Shown here one piece after another: positions 36,680 through 46,500 of a stretch of 61,119 nt of DNA. Positions within the stretch are counted from its first letter, which is position 1; every line of letters starts with the position of its first letter. The DNA is from an uncultured Rhodothermales bacterium (GTDB lineage: Bacteria; Bacteroidota; Rhodothermia; Rhodothermales; VXPQ01): contig CAZMXY010000001.1 in assembly GCA_964570345.1 (NCBI GenBank), forward strand, positions 5,637 to 66,755, written 5' to 3'. The notes under the pieces are model-generated. The model worked only from the letters and a program-made list of their open reading frames with translations. It did not search any database and was not told where the DNA came from. The position numbers and the translations under genes are program-made.

Positions 36680-37962
36680 TGGAATTCGCCATCATCCTTC
36701 TGATGCTCCTCCTGAGCGCCTTCTTCTCCGGATCGGAGATCGCATTCGTCGTGGCAAACCGACTGCGCGTAGAGGTTCTGGCTCGTCGCGAAGGGGTCGT
36801 CGGGCCGATCGTCCGCGACTTCCTCGAGAACCCCGCTACCTTTCTCACGACGACGCTCGTCGGAAACAACGTCGCGCTGGTGGTCTACTCGACCCTCATG
36901 GCACTCTATTTGAATCCTCCCCTGGAGCAGTTCTTCGCCGGCGTCGCGGGATTGGAGCGGGACGGGCTGGACCTCGCGGTACTGGGAGCGCAGACCGTCG
37001 TCGCCGGCCTCATCGTGCTCGTCGTAGGTGAGATTCTGCCGAAGTCCATTATGCGTGAAACGGCCAATCACGCCGTTTTCTACCTTGCCGTTCCGCTTCG
37101 ATTCAGCTATTACGTTCTCCTTCCGATGGTCAAACTGGCGGCGTTTTCGGCGTCGCTGCTCATTCGGCTTTTTCGCGCAGAGGCGGATACGTTCGCGCAG
37201 TTCATTCGCCGCGATTTCGAGGTCATTATTCAAGAAAGCAAGGCAAGCGGCGAATGGGATCTCGACGAAGACGAAAGTGAACTGCTCTCCAACGTCTTCG
37301 CCATGGACGCCCTTCGCGTCAAGGAATCCATGATGCCTCGGACCGACGTGGTCGCGGTCGAGGAAAAGACTTCGATCGAGGATTTGCTTGTCCGATTCAT
37401 CCAGACGGGGCACTCGAAGCTGCCCGTCTATCGGGAGAACATCGACCATATCGTGGGTGTCGTCTTCGCCTATGACTTGTTCCATCAGCCGGCACGGCTG
37501 ACGGACGTCATACGACCGGCGAAATTCGTTCCCGAATCGAAGCGGTCGAAGGACTTACTTCGAGAGTTTTTGTCGACGAACACGTCCATCGCCGTCGTGA
37601 TCGACGAATACGGGGGAACGGCCGGACTCGTGACGCGGGAGGACCTGCTCGAGGAACTCTTCGGCGACATTCAGGACGAGTTCGATACCGAGACGGAGGT
37701 ATTGCGCATGAGCGGCGACGGTAGCCTGATCGCGAGCGGTCGCGTTCACATCGACGAAATCAAGGAGGAGTTCGGCATCGAAATTCCGGAAGGGGATTAC
37801 GAAACGGTGGCCGGGTACCTGCTCGAACGGATCGGCGCGATTCCCGCACCGCAGGATCACTATCAGTTCGACGGCTTCCGCTTCGACGTGCTCAAGGCCA
37901 CGACGAACCGGATCGATCTGGTGCGGATCGCGCAAGAACCCAGGCCGCAGCCCGAGAACTGA
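36679..37962 (+). CDS. CNNM/TlyC-family hemolysin-like protein (DUF21 TM domain + CBS pair + CorC_HlyC domain)
   Basis: The ATG at 36679 shares its A with the upstream TGA (TGATG). The product is MEFAIILLMLLLSAFFSGSEIAF...; the CBS region contains ...HSKLPVYRENIDHIVGVV. The C-terminal region matches the CorC_HlyC transporter-associated domain (assigned by resemblance). Confidence 0.9.
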   Translation: MEFAIILLMLLLSAFFSGSEIAFVVANRLRVEVLARREGVVGPIVRDFLENPATFLTTTLVGNNVALVVYSTLMALYLNPPLEQFFAGVAGLERDGLDLAVLGAQTVVAGLIVLVVGEILPKSIMRETANHAVFYLAVPLRFSYYVLLPMVKLAAFSASLLIRLFRAEADTFAQFIRRDFEVIIQESKASGEWDLDEDESELLSNVFAMDALRVKESMMPRTDVVAVEEKTSIEDLLVRFIQTGHSKLPVYRENIDHIVGVVFAYDLFHQPARLTDVIRPAKFVPESKRSKDLLREFLSTNTSIAVVIDEYGGTAGLVTREDLLEELFGDIQDEFDTETEVLRMSGDGSLIASGRVHIDEIKEEFGIEIPEGDYETVAGYLLERIGAIPAPQDHYQFDGFRFDVLKATTNRIDLVRIAQEPRPQPEN

Positions 37963-38076
37963 ACGTTCCCTGGGGATAGGCCGCCGTGCAGGATCGCATT
38001 GCAGCACGTCGATAACCGAGCGCCGCGAGCGCGTTATGGCGCGTCCCGATCGGCGCTTCGAGCGCGCGGATGCGAG

Positions 38077-38625
38077 TCAGATGGAGCGAGTCGGCAGTCG
38101 CCCGTACGCCAGTACGAGCTTGAGGTGGGTAAGGAGCGGTGAGACCAGCCGCAGTTTTTCGAGGCGGCCGGTGGGCATTTCGGGCAGTCCTGGCGGGCTG
38201 ACGCGCCCCATCCACAAACCCATTTTTTCGCTCAGGACACGTTCGCCTGGGAATTCGTTCGGAGGAAGGTGGACGCTGTAGAATTGGCGCTTTCGTTGAA
38301 GCCTCACGTAGACTTGATCCGCCGCATCGGACAGACTTTTGTCTTGAGCGTCGAGCATTTCGCCCCCGATCAAGTAGTCCCGGTAGATGAATGGGACGTC
38401 GAACAGAGCCGCGGCCGCCGCTTCGGCGATTTCGGGATCGTCTCTGAGACCGACGGCGGCGACACGGGAGGTGGCAGTGGAGACGATGCAGAGCGTTTCC
38501 TCCGCGACGAGATCCGGCTCGGCACCTTCAATGTCCTCCAGAACCGCGGCTGCCAGGTGCTGGGTGACGTTTAGCGTCCCGATCGTCGCAAAAGCCACGA
38601 ACGGGCCCAAGCGTTCGGTGCTCAC
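38077..38625 (-). CDS. hypothetical soluble protein immediately downstream of floA
   Basis: 182-aa ORF located 12 nt after the floA stop on the same strand. It has no TM segment or recognisable motif. The coding call rests on ORF length, operon position and non-shadow composition. Confidence 0.5.
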   Translation of the reverse strand: MSTERLGPFVAFATIGTLNVTQHLAAAVLEDIEGAEPDLVAEETLCIVSTATSRVAAVGLRDDPEIAEAAAAALFDVPFIYRDYLIGGEMLDAQDKSLSDAADQVYVRLQRKRQFYSVHLPPNEFPGERVLSEKMGLWMGRVSPPGLPEMPTGRLEKLRLVSPLLTHLKLVLAYGRLPTRSI

Positions 38626-38637
38626 GACGGCGACCCG

Positions 38638-39627
38638 TTATTCCTCTCCTCCGGATTGGCCTTCTCCACCGATCGATTCGCGCATTTTCGTATCGGATTG
38701 GATGTTTCGCAGGTTGTAGTAGTCCATGACACCCATGTTACCGGAACGAAGGGCGTCGGCGAGCGCCATGGGCACCTCCGCTTCGGCGGCGACGACTTTG
38801 GCGCGCTGCTCCTGAACGGCCGCTCGCATCTCCTGCTCCCGTGCGACGGCCGATGCCCGTCGTTCTTCGGCTTTGGCCCGTGCGACCTGGAGGTCCGCTT
38901 CGGCCTGGTCCGTCTGCAGCTTCGCGCCGATATTTTCACCGACGTCGACGTCCGCGATGTCGATCGATAGGATTTCGAACGCGGTACCGGAGTCGAGCCC
39001 CTTGGCCAGGACCACTTTTGAGATGGAATCGGGATTCTCGAGGACGAGGGCATGCGTCTCCGACGACCCGATGGTCGAAACGATGCCCTCACCGACGCGC
39101 GCGATGATCGTCTCTTCACCGGCCCCGCCGACGAGCCGTTCGATGTTCGCACGCACCGTTACGCGCGCGATGGCCCGCACCTGGATGCCGTCTTTGGCGA
39201 CCGCGGAAACGGCAGGCGTTTCGATTACTTTCGGATTCACGGACACCTGAACCGCCTCCAGGACGTCCCGCCCGGCGAGATCGATCGCCGTGGCTCGTTC
39301 GAAATTTAGATCGATATTCGCCTTGTCTGCGGAGATCAGCGCGTTGACGACTTTCTGCACATCCCCTCCCGCCAGATAATGCGCCTCGAGCTGAGGCGTA
39401 TCGACGTAAATTCCGGCTTTGTGCGCGGTAATGAGCGGCTTCACGATCACGGCAGGAGGCACCTTCCGCAGCCGCATCCCGACGAGGTCACGGACCAGCT
39501 TCAACTCGACGCCCGAGAAATAGGCCGTAATCCACAGCCCGACGGGAATGAAGTAGAGGAAAAAGACGAGAAATAGGATGGCCAGCGCGATGACGAGCAG
39601 GCCGGTCGTGGTGAAGAGCACGTCCAT
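38638..39627 (-). CDS. floA: flotillin-like protein FloA (SPFH/Band-7, UPF0365 family)
   Basis: 329 aa with an N-terminal TM hairpin ([31 protein letters not shown]) followed by [11 protein letters not shown]...ITAHKAGI... A C-terminal Ala/Glu-rich coiled coil follows, typical of YqfA/FloA. Confidence 0.88.
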   Translation of the reverse strand: MDVLFTTTGLLVIALAILFLVFFLYFIPVGLWITAYFSGVELKLVRDLVGMRLRKVPPAVIVKPLITAHKAGIYVDTPQLEAHYLAGGDVQKVVNALISADKANIDLNFERATAIDLAGRDVLEAVQVSVNPKVIETPAVSAVAKDGIQVRAIARVTVRANIERLVGGAGEETIIARVGEGIVSTIGSSETHALVLENPDSISKVVLAKGLDSGTAFEILSIDIADVDVGENIGAKLQTDQAEADLQVARAKAEERRASAVAREQEMRAAVQEQRAKVVAAEAEVPMALADALRSGNMGVMDYYNLRNIQSDTKMRESIGGEGQSGGEE

Positions 39628-39727
39628 GGTTGCGATCCTATGGCTATGGGTTCAGGCAACGCGGGTGGTTACGAGCGTGCCGATGCCGGGTTACGGTGAC
39701 GCTCCGGATGGCGCTGGGACCCGCCGT

Positions 39728-40216
39728 TTACTCCGTCTTTCGATAGTCTCCGCTCATGCCGCCGGTTTTTGCGAGGAGGTGAATGTCCGTGATGCGCAAG
39801 TTTTTCGATAGCGACTTGCACATGTCGTACACGGTGAGGGCCGCGATGGAAACGGCCGTGAGCGCCTCCATCTCGACGCCCGTTTGACCGATACTCTTGG
39901 CGTAGGCGCGAATTTCGATCGTGTGGTCTTCCTCCTCCAGGTTGATCTCGACGTCGACCCCTTTCAGGTGGAGGTCGTGGCAAAGAGGAATCAACCTGCT
40001 GGTTTGTTTTGCGCCCATGATCCCCGCGATCTGGGCCACGGCGAGGACGTCGCCTTTGCGGACGTCCTTTTCACGAACGGCCTCGAAGACCTCCTTGCCC
40101 AGCCAGATACGGCCGGAGGCGAGCGCCGTCCTTACGGAGTCGGGCTTCTCACCCACGTCGACCATTTTTACGCCGCCGGCGGGATTCACATGCGTGAGCG
40201 TGGGAGAATCGGTCAT
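39728..40216 (-). CDS. moaC: cyclic pyranopterin monophosphate synthase MoaC
   Basis: LTHVNPAGGVKMVDVGEKPDS...KGDVLAVAQIAGIMGAKQTSRLIPLCH...GVEMEALTAVSIAALTVYDMCK. I prefer the ATG at 40216 (162 aa). The track start at 40330 would overlap the upstream stop by 8 nt and add 38 atypical residues. Confidence 0.88.
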   Translation of the reverse strand: MTDSPTLTHVNPAGGVKMVDVGEKPDSVRTALASGRIWLGKEVFEAVREKDVRKGDVLAVAQIAGIMGAKQTSRLIPLCHDLHLKGVDVEINLEEEDHTIEIRAYAKSIGQTGVEMEALTAVSIAALTVYDMCKSLSKNLRITDIHLLAKTGGMSGDYRKTE

Positions 40217-40322
40217 CTCGAAAAGGAATAAGCTACTTCGGTCGAAATTGGCGATGTCGAAGATAGGAGTGGGCTCGACGAACGGCAAGGCTACTCGCGG
40301 AGGATCCACGGATATCGTCACG

Positions 40323-42014
40323 TCAGTCACTCCGTGCTTCCGACGGGTCGCTACGGTGATAGATCACCTTGCCGCCCAGGTACGTCGCATGGACCTCGGT
40401 GGCGGGGATTTCTTCCGCGGCCACGTTCATGACGTCCCGGGTCAGAACGACGAAATCCGCGTACTGTCCCGGCTCGATCGTACCGAGAGCGTCCTCCTCA
40501 AACGCGGCATAGGCGGCGTCTCGTGTAAATGCTCGGAGCGCCTGCTCTCGCGTCAGGATCTGGTCGGGGAGCCATCCGCCCTCCGGCCACCCTTCGACGT
40601 CGCGGCGTGTGACGGCCGCGTAGAACCCGAGAAGAGGATTGACGTGCTCGACGGGAAAATCGGATCCGAAGGCGAGTCGAACGCCTTCTTCAAGGAACGT
40701 CCTCCAGGCGTATGCCCCCTCGAGTCGCTCGACGCCCACGCGGTCGGCCGCCCAGTACATGTCGGACGTAGCATGGATCGGCTGCATCGAGGCGATGACC
40801 CCGAGTTCTCGAAACCGCGGAATGTCGTTCGGATCGACGATCTGCGCGTGCTCGATGCGGTGCCGGCCCGCACCGGGACTCGGTTCCTTCAATGCGTGCT
40901 CGTAGGTGTCGAGGACGAGTCGAGTACCTCGATCGCCGATCGCATGCGTGCTCACCTGAAAACCACACCGAATCGCCGCCCGGACGTCGTCCGCAAAGGC
41001 GTCGGGTGTTGTTCGAAGGAGACCTCGGGATTCGGGCTCGTCGTCATACGGCTCGAGGAGAGCGGCGCCACGACTTCCCAGGGCTCCGTCGACGTAATAT
41101 TTCACGGATCGAACGCTGAGGCGGTCGCCGAAGATGCGCCCGTCCCCGCAGAAACGATCGAACGTGGGGCCTCGTCCGGCGATCATTGCGTAGACGCGAA
41201 GATCGAGCCATCCCTCATCCATCGCTTCGCGGTACAGCGCAATGTCGTCTTCGTCGACTCCGGCATCGTGCACGGCCGTCAAACCGTATCGCGCCGTCTC
41301 CTGAAGAACGAGCTTCAGGGCCTCACGGCGCTCCTCGTCGGTCGGCGCCGGAACGTTCTCGGAGACGAGGCGCATTGCCGCGTCGATGAAGATGCCGGTC
41401 GGCTCACCGGCGGCGTCACGCAGGATACGGCCGCCCCGGGGGTCTTCCGCGTCCCGAATACGCCGGCGTCCGGCGACGTCAAGGGCCGCCGTATTCGCCC
41501 AGGCTGCGTGGCCGTCGATTCGTTCGATCCAAACGGGTCGATCCGGAAACGCGCCGTCGAGATCCAAGCGCGTCGGATAGGTTTGATTCGGCCAGTCGTT
41601 CTGATCCCATCCGTGCCCTGTCAGCCACAATCCTGCGGGTAAGCGCTCCTCGTAGTCCTTGAGCCGTTCGATCACGGCGTCCTTCGAGGACGTGCCGACG
41701 AGGTCGGCCCGGAGCAGCGAGAGTCCTCGGCCCATGAGATGAGCGTGCGCGTCGATGAGACCGGGCACGACCGTGCGCCGTTCGGCGTCGCGGCGTTCTG
41801 CCGTCGGGAAAGCAGCCAGCACTTCAGCGTTCGAGCCCACCATCGCGATCCGTTCGCCCAGCACGGCGATGGCCTCGGCGGTCGGTTGATCCGGATTGAC
41901 GGTGTAGACCCGTGCATTGTGGAGGACGAATTCCGCCTGGGCGACGGCTTGCCGCGGAGCAACGATCCACGTCCGGAGGGCGCCGACGAGGGCCGCCAGG
42001 AGTCTTCCCGTCAT
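40323..42014 (-). CDS. YtcJ-like metal-dependent amidohydrolase (amidohydrolase_3)
   Basis: Motifs are VVPGLIDAHAHLMG, STHAIGD, IASMQPIHATSD and AFGSDFPVE. The ATG at 42014 forms an ATGA overlap with the dtd stop and yields a signal-like N-terminus (MTGRLLAALVGALRTWIVAPRQAVAQA). The track start is 42056. Confidence 0.85.
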   Translation of the reverse strand: MTGRLLAALVGALRTWIVAPRQAVAQAEFVLHNARVYTVNPDQPTAEAIAVLGERIAMVGSNAEVLAAFPTAERRDAERRTVVPGLIDAHAHLMGRGLSLLRADLVGTSSKDAVIERLKDYEERLPAGLWLTGHGWDQNDWPNQTYPTRLDLDGAFPDRPVWIERIDGHAAWANTAALDVAGRRRIRDAEDPRGGRILRDAAGEPTGIFIDAAMRLVSENVPAPTDEERREALKLVLQETARYGLTAVHDAGVDEDDIALYREAMDEGWLDLRVYAMIAGRGPTFDRFCGDGRIFGDRLSVRSVKYYVDGALGSRGAALLEPYDDEPESRGLLRTTPDAFADDVRAAIRCGFQVSTHAIGDRGTRLVLDTYEHALKEPSPGAGRHRIEHAQIVDPNDIPRFRELGVIASMQPIHATSDMYWAADRVGVERLEGAYAWRTFLEEGVRLAFGSDFPVEHVNPLLGFYAAVTRRDVEGWPEGGWLPDQILTREQALRAFTRDAAYAAFEEDALGTIEPGQYADFVVLTRDVMNVAAEEIPATEVHATYLGGKVIYHRSDPSEARSD

Positions 42015-42481
42015 CCCGTTTCTTCGATCCGTGATTCGTTCAGTCGTTCGATCCATAGAGTGACCGGACCGTCGTTCAGTATGTTGACGTCCATCATCGC
42101 TCCGAATACGCCGGTCTGCACCTTCGTCTGGAGACGTTCCTCGAGATTCGCGACGAAGGTCCGATACAGCGTCTCTGCTTTCTCCGGCTCTGCGGCGGAC
42201 TCAAACGAAGGTCTATTTCCCCGCCGGACGTCGCCATACAAGGTAAATTGAGACACGACGAGCGCCTCTCCCCCGACATCGGTCACGGATAGATTCATCT
42301 TGCCGTCTTCGTCGGCGAAGATTCGGACTTGAGCGCACTTACGAGCCAGCCACGCGGCCTCCTCCGTCGTGTCGTCACGGTGAACGCCCAGGAAGACGAG
42401 CAGGCCTTCTCGGATGGATCCGGCCGTTTTGCCTTCCACTTCGACGGAGGCACGTCGGACTCGCTGGACCAGTGCTACCAT
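42011..42481 (-). CDS. dtd: D-aminoacyl-tRNA deacylase
   Basis: The product from the ATG at 42481 is MVALVQRVRRASVEV...GLLVFLGV...VVSQFTLYGD...RPSF...GVFGAMMDVNILNDGPVTLWIE. The track start at 42532 overlaps rdgB. Confidence 0.9.
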   Translation of the reverse strand: MVALVQRVRRASVEVEGKTAGSIREGLLVFLGVHRDDTTEEAAWLARKCAQVRIFADEDGKMNLSVTDVGGEALVVSQFTLYGDVRRGNRPSFESAAEPEKAETLYRTFVANLEERLQTKVQTGVFGAMMDVNILNDGPVTLWIERLNESRIEETG

Positions 42482-42515
42482 TCGTGCCGACGAAGACGAT
42501 TTCCCTCTGGTGAGT

Positions 42516-43121
42516 CTACTCCGCCGGCTCATGCCTTGCGAGCCTTTCGCGAAGATACGCCGTGAGTTGGCGAAGTGCGCGGCCGCGGTGGCTGATCGCG
42601 TTTTTCTCGTCAGCGGGCAGCTCGGCGAACGTCCGGTCCATTCCTTCCGGCATGAAGATGGAGTCGTAACCGAATCCGCCGCCGCCGCGCTCTTCGCTGA
42701 TGATCGTGCCGGAACACATCCCCTCGAAATAGTGGATCCCTCCTTGGCGATCGACGAACGCGATCACGGTGCGAAACCGGGCTTCTCGATCCGTGGCGTC
42801 GGCTAGTTCCCGGAGCAAGCGTCTCCGATTCGCGGCGTCGTCAGCCAGCTCGCCGGCATAGCGTGCCGACCGCACTCCCGGCCGGCCGTCGAGCGCTCTT
42901 ACTTCAAGGCCCGTATCATCGGCCAGCGATGCCATTTCCGTATGGTCATGTAACGCGCGAGCCTTCATCGCCGCGTTCTCTTCGAGCGTTTCGGCATCCT
43001 CGACGACCACCGGCGCGCCATCCATATCGGCGGCCGAGACGAGTTCCACCGGCAAGCCCGAGAGGACCGTTCGCATTTCGTAAACCTTTCCAGGATTTCT
43101 CGTGGCGAGCACGATCTTCAT
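42516..43121 (-). CDS. rdgB: dITP/XTP pyrophosphatase (RdgB/HAM1 family)
   Basis: MKIVLATRNPGKVYEM...DDTGLEV.ALDGRPGV.SARYAG...GFGYDSIF...ELPADEKNAISHRGRAL. Confidence 0.9.
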   Translation of the reverse strand: MKIVLATRNPGKVYEMRTVLSGLPVELVSAADMDGAPVVVEDAETLEENAAMKARALHDHTEMASLADDTGLEVRALDGRPGVRSARYAGELADDAANRRRLLRELADATDREARFRTVIAFVDRQGGIHYFEGMCSGTIISEERGGGGFGYDSIFMPEGMDRTFAELPADEKNAISHRGRALRQLTAYLRERLARHEPAE

Positions 43122-43253
43122 GACGTCTCCCGATAACGGCTACGAACTAGCCGAAACAATCGCCTGGAGGTATTGTACCACGCACCCACACGCCGTACAT
43201 TGCGCGGCTGCCAAAATACAACGTACACGACGCTTTTTCAGGGAGAATCAGTC

Positions 43254-43448
43254 TTGTCAGTAGGAGTCAAGGTTCGCGACAATGAGTCCATCGATCGCGC
43301 TCTGCGCCGGTTCAAGCGTGCTGTAAACCGCAGCCGCGTGCTTCGCATCTACCGCTCGAACATGGCCTTCACCAAGCCGTCCGAAGAGCGCCGCGTAGCC
43401 CGCGAAAAGGCTTCTCGCGCCGCGCGCAAGCACTCTCGAAATTACTAG
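43254..43448 (+). CDS. rpsU: 30S ribosomal protein S21
   Basis: A TTG start at 43254 gives (M)SVGVKVRDNESIDRALRRFKRAVNRSRVLRIYRSNMAFTKPSEERR..., 64 aa. The track start at 43173 is an extension. Confidence 0.85.
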   Translation: MSVGVKVRDNESIDRALRRFKRAVNRSRVLRIYRSNMAFTKPSEERRVAREKASRAARKHSRNY

Positions 43449-43505
43449 GTCGGGCCTTTTATCACGCGTCCGATCGTTTCGGGACGTGCAGGAGAATGAT
43501 GAGTG

Positions 43506-43535
43506 GGCAGCATCCGTCCGGGTGCTGCCTATTTT
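43506..43535 (+). terminator. putative rho-independent terminator after rpsU (between convergent rpsU and sucA)
   Basis: Perfect 7-bp stem GGCAGCA (43506..43512) / TGCTGCC (43523..43529) with a 10-nt loop, followed by TATTTT. Confidence 0.6.
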
Positions 43536-43540
43536 CGTAT

Positions 43541-46500
43541 CTACACGCTCAATGCAACGCGCAGGATTTCGCCCTGCTCCTGCTGGTGGACTCTCGCACT
43601 GCCGGTTGCCGTGCTCGCACTCGGCGGGCGGCCGACGTACGTCACCCGCACCTCGCACGGACCGTGCAACTCTTCGAGCAGGGCATCGAGCCGGTGGCGC
43701 ATGAAACTCCAGGCGCCCATGTTTTCGGGCTCCTCTTGAACCCAGGCCACGTCCTCTACCGTGCCGTATCGCTCGATCTCTTCGCGAATCTCGGTTTCGG
43801 GGAACGGATGGTACTGCTCGACGCGGACAATGGCTACGTCGTCGGGATCGAGCTCCCTCTCCTCTCGCTCCTGCAACAGATCGTAAAAGATCTTTCCGCT
43901 GCAGAGGATCAGGCGTTTCGCCTTGGACGGCTCCGCCTCGCCTTTCATGATCTTGAGGAATCGCCCCTCGCTGAAGTCTTCCGGACGCGAGACGACCTTG
44001 GGATGCCGGAGCAAGCTCTTCGGCGCCATCACGATCAAGGGCTTATGAACCTTCCACTTGATCTGTCGCCGGAGGGCGTGAAAATAATTCGCCGGCGTGG
44101 TGAAGTTGCCGACGATCATGTTGTCTTCGGCACACATCTGAAGGAATCGCTCCGGACGAGCCGATGAATGCTCCGGGCCCTGCCCTTCGTACCCGTGCGG
44201 GAGCAGCAAGACGAGATTGCTGCGCTGACCCCACTTCTCCTCGGCCACCGACAGAAACTGGTCGAACACGATCTGAGCTCCGTTTGCGAAGTCCCCGAAC
44301 TGCGCTTCCCACAGCACGAGCGCCGCGGGATCGCCCACGGTGTAGCCGTATTCGAAGCCTGCGGCGGCGTACTCGGAGAGGAGCGAATCATAGATGAGAA
44401 GTTTCGCCTGCCCTTCCCGTACGTTGTTGAGGGGGATGTATTCTTCCCCGCTTTCCTGGTCGTAGAGCACGGCGTGACGCTGGCTGAACGTACCCCGGCG
44501 CGAGTCCTGACCGCTCAGCCGGACGGTCGTTCCCTCCAGCAACAAGGAGCCGAACGCCAGCACCTCGGCGAAAGACCAGTCGATCTTCTTCTCCTCGTGG
44601 AAGAGCTTCTCGCGGCGCTCGAACTGGCGGATCAACTTCTTGTGGACGTTCAAGTCCTGAGGGAGCTCCACGAGGGCCTTCACGATGGCCTCGAGATCCT
44701 CCATCCGGGCCTTGGTCTCGACCTCCTCGAGTACGGGCTCTGCTTTCTTCTTTTTCCGAAGCAAGTCGAAACGATCTGCGGCTTCATCGGTGTCGAGCTC
44801 GCGCGTCCGATCGAAGGCCTCTTGAAGGCGATCGCGGTAATCTTCCAGGAGCTTTTCGGCCTCGTCCGGCTCCATTTCTCCTCGCCGGAGGAGCGTCTCG
44901 GTATAGATTTTACGCGGGGATCGCTTCTCCTCGATCTTCTTGTAGAGCAGCGGCTGCGTGTAGGTAGGTTCGTCGCCCTCGTTGTGACCGTGAACCCGGT
45001 AGCACAACATGTCGATGACGACGTCCTTGTTAAAGACGTTGCGATAGTCGATGGCGAGCCGCGCCACGCGAACACACGCCTCCGGGTCATCGCCGTTGAC
45101 GTGGATGATCGGCGCCTGGATGGTCCGGGCCACGTCGGTGGCGTAGGTCGAGCTGCGGGCGTCCGACGGCGTCGTCGTGAAGCCTATCTGATTGTTGATG
45201 ATCACGTGGATGGTCCCGCCTGTCTTGTAGCCACGCAGATGGCTGAGATTCAGGGTTTCGGTGACGACGCCCTGCCCGGCGAATGCCGCGTCGCCATGGA
45301 TGAGCAGCGGGATCACGGAATCCAGATAGTCCCCTCCCGGCGTGTCGACGTTCTTTTCACGCATCAATTCCTGCTTGGCCCGAACCATGCCTTCGACGAT
45401 GGGATCGACGGCTTCGAGATGGCTCGGGTTCGAGGCCAGCGTGAGCTTCACCCTGGCGCCCATGGGGGAGACGTGTTCGCCTTTCGCGCCCAGATGATAC
45501 TTCACGTCACCCGATCCTTGAGTGGTATTCGGATCGATGTTGCCCTCGAACTCGCTGAAAATGGCCTCATAGGGCTTGTTCAGGATGTTCGCCAGCACGT
45601 TAAGCCTGCCCCGGTGCGCCATCCCCATCACGATCTCTTCGGCCTCCTGCTCGGCAGCGTCGGACAGTACCGCGTCGAGCAGCGGAATGACGCTCTCCGC
45701 TCCCTCCAACGAAAATCGCTTGTGGCCGATGTATTTCGTGTGGATGAACCGTTCGAAGGCCTCCGCGGCATTCAGCTTCTGGAGGATCCGCCGCTTGGCC
45801 TCCGGCGCGATGGGCTCTTCGCAGCGTACGGGTTCGATGCGTTCCTGGAGCCAGCGCTTCTCGGTCGGATCGGAAATGTGCATATACTCGATGCCGACCT
45901 TTCGCGTGTACGTGTCGCGAACGATCTCGATGATCTCCCGCAGCGGCCGGATGTCTTTGCCACCAAGGCCTCCCGTCACGAATTTGCGATCCAGATCCCA
46001 CACGGTGAGATCGTACGTCGCCGGATCGAGTTCGGGATGGTAGCTCCAGCTATACCCCAGCGGATTGACGTCGGCCTGGAGGTGGCCGCGCACTCGGTAG
46101 GACCGGATGAACTGCAGAACGCGCGCCTGCTTCTGCGTCATGCTCATCTCTTCGGTCTGCTCCGTCGCACCGAGCTGCGGCGTCGAGTCCGTGCTAAGCG
46201 AATACGGCTGGTAGGGAATCGTCAGGTGTTCGAAGATTTCCTGATAGAAATCGTGGCCGCCGAGCAACAACTCCGCGATGTAAGAGAGAAACGCACCGGA
46301 TTCGGCACCCTGGATGACGCGATGGTCGTAGGTGGAGGTGATCGTCATCACCTCGGAGATGCCCACCTTGCTGACACTCTCCGGCGGATACGCGTAGTAT
46401 TCCGGCGGATAGCCGATCGCGCCCGCACCGACGATGACTCCTTGTCCAGGCATGAGGCGCGCAACGCTCATCGTCGTTCCGATCATGCCCGGGTTCGTCA

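Noticed and set aside
39921-41642. 573-aa plus-strand ORF spanning moaC and the amidohydrolase gene
   Set aside because: It lies antisense to two genes with clear family motifs (MoaC; GLIDAHAHL/GSDFPVE amidohydrolase). Its composition is Arg/Ser/Gly-rich and it matches no recognisable family.
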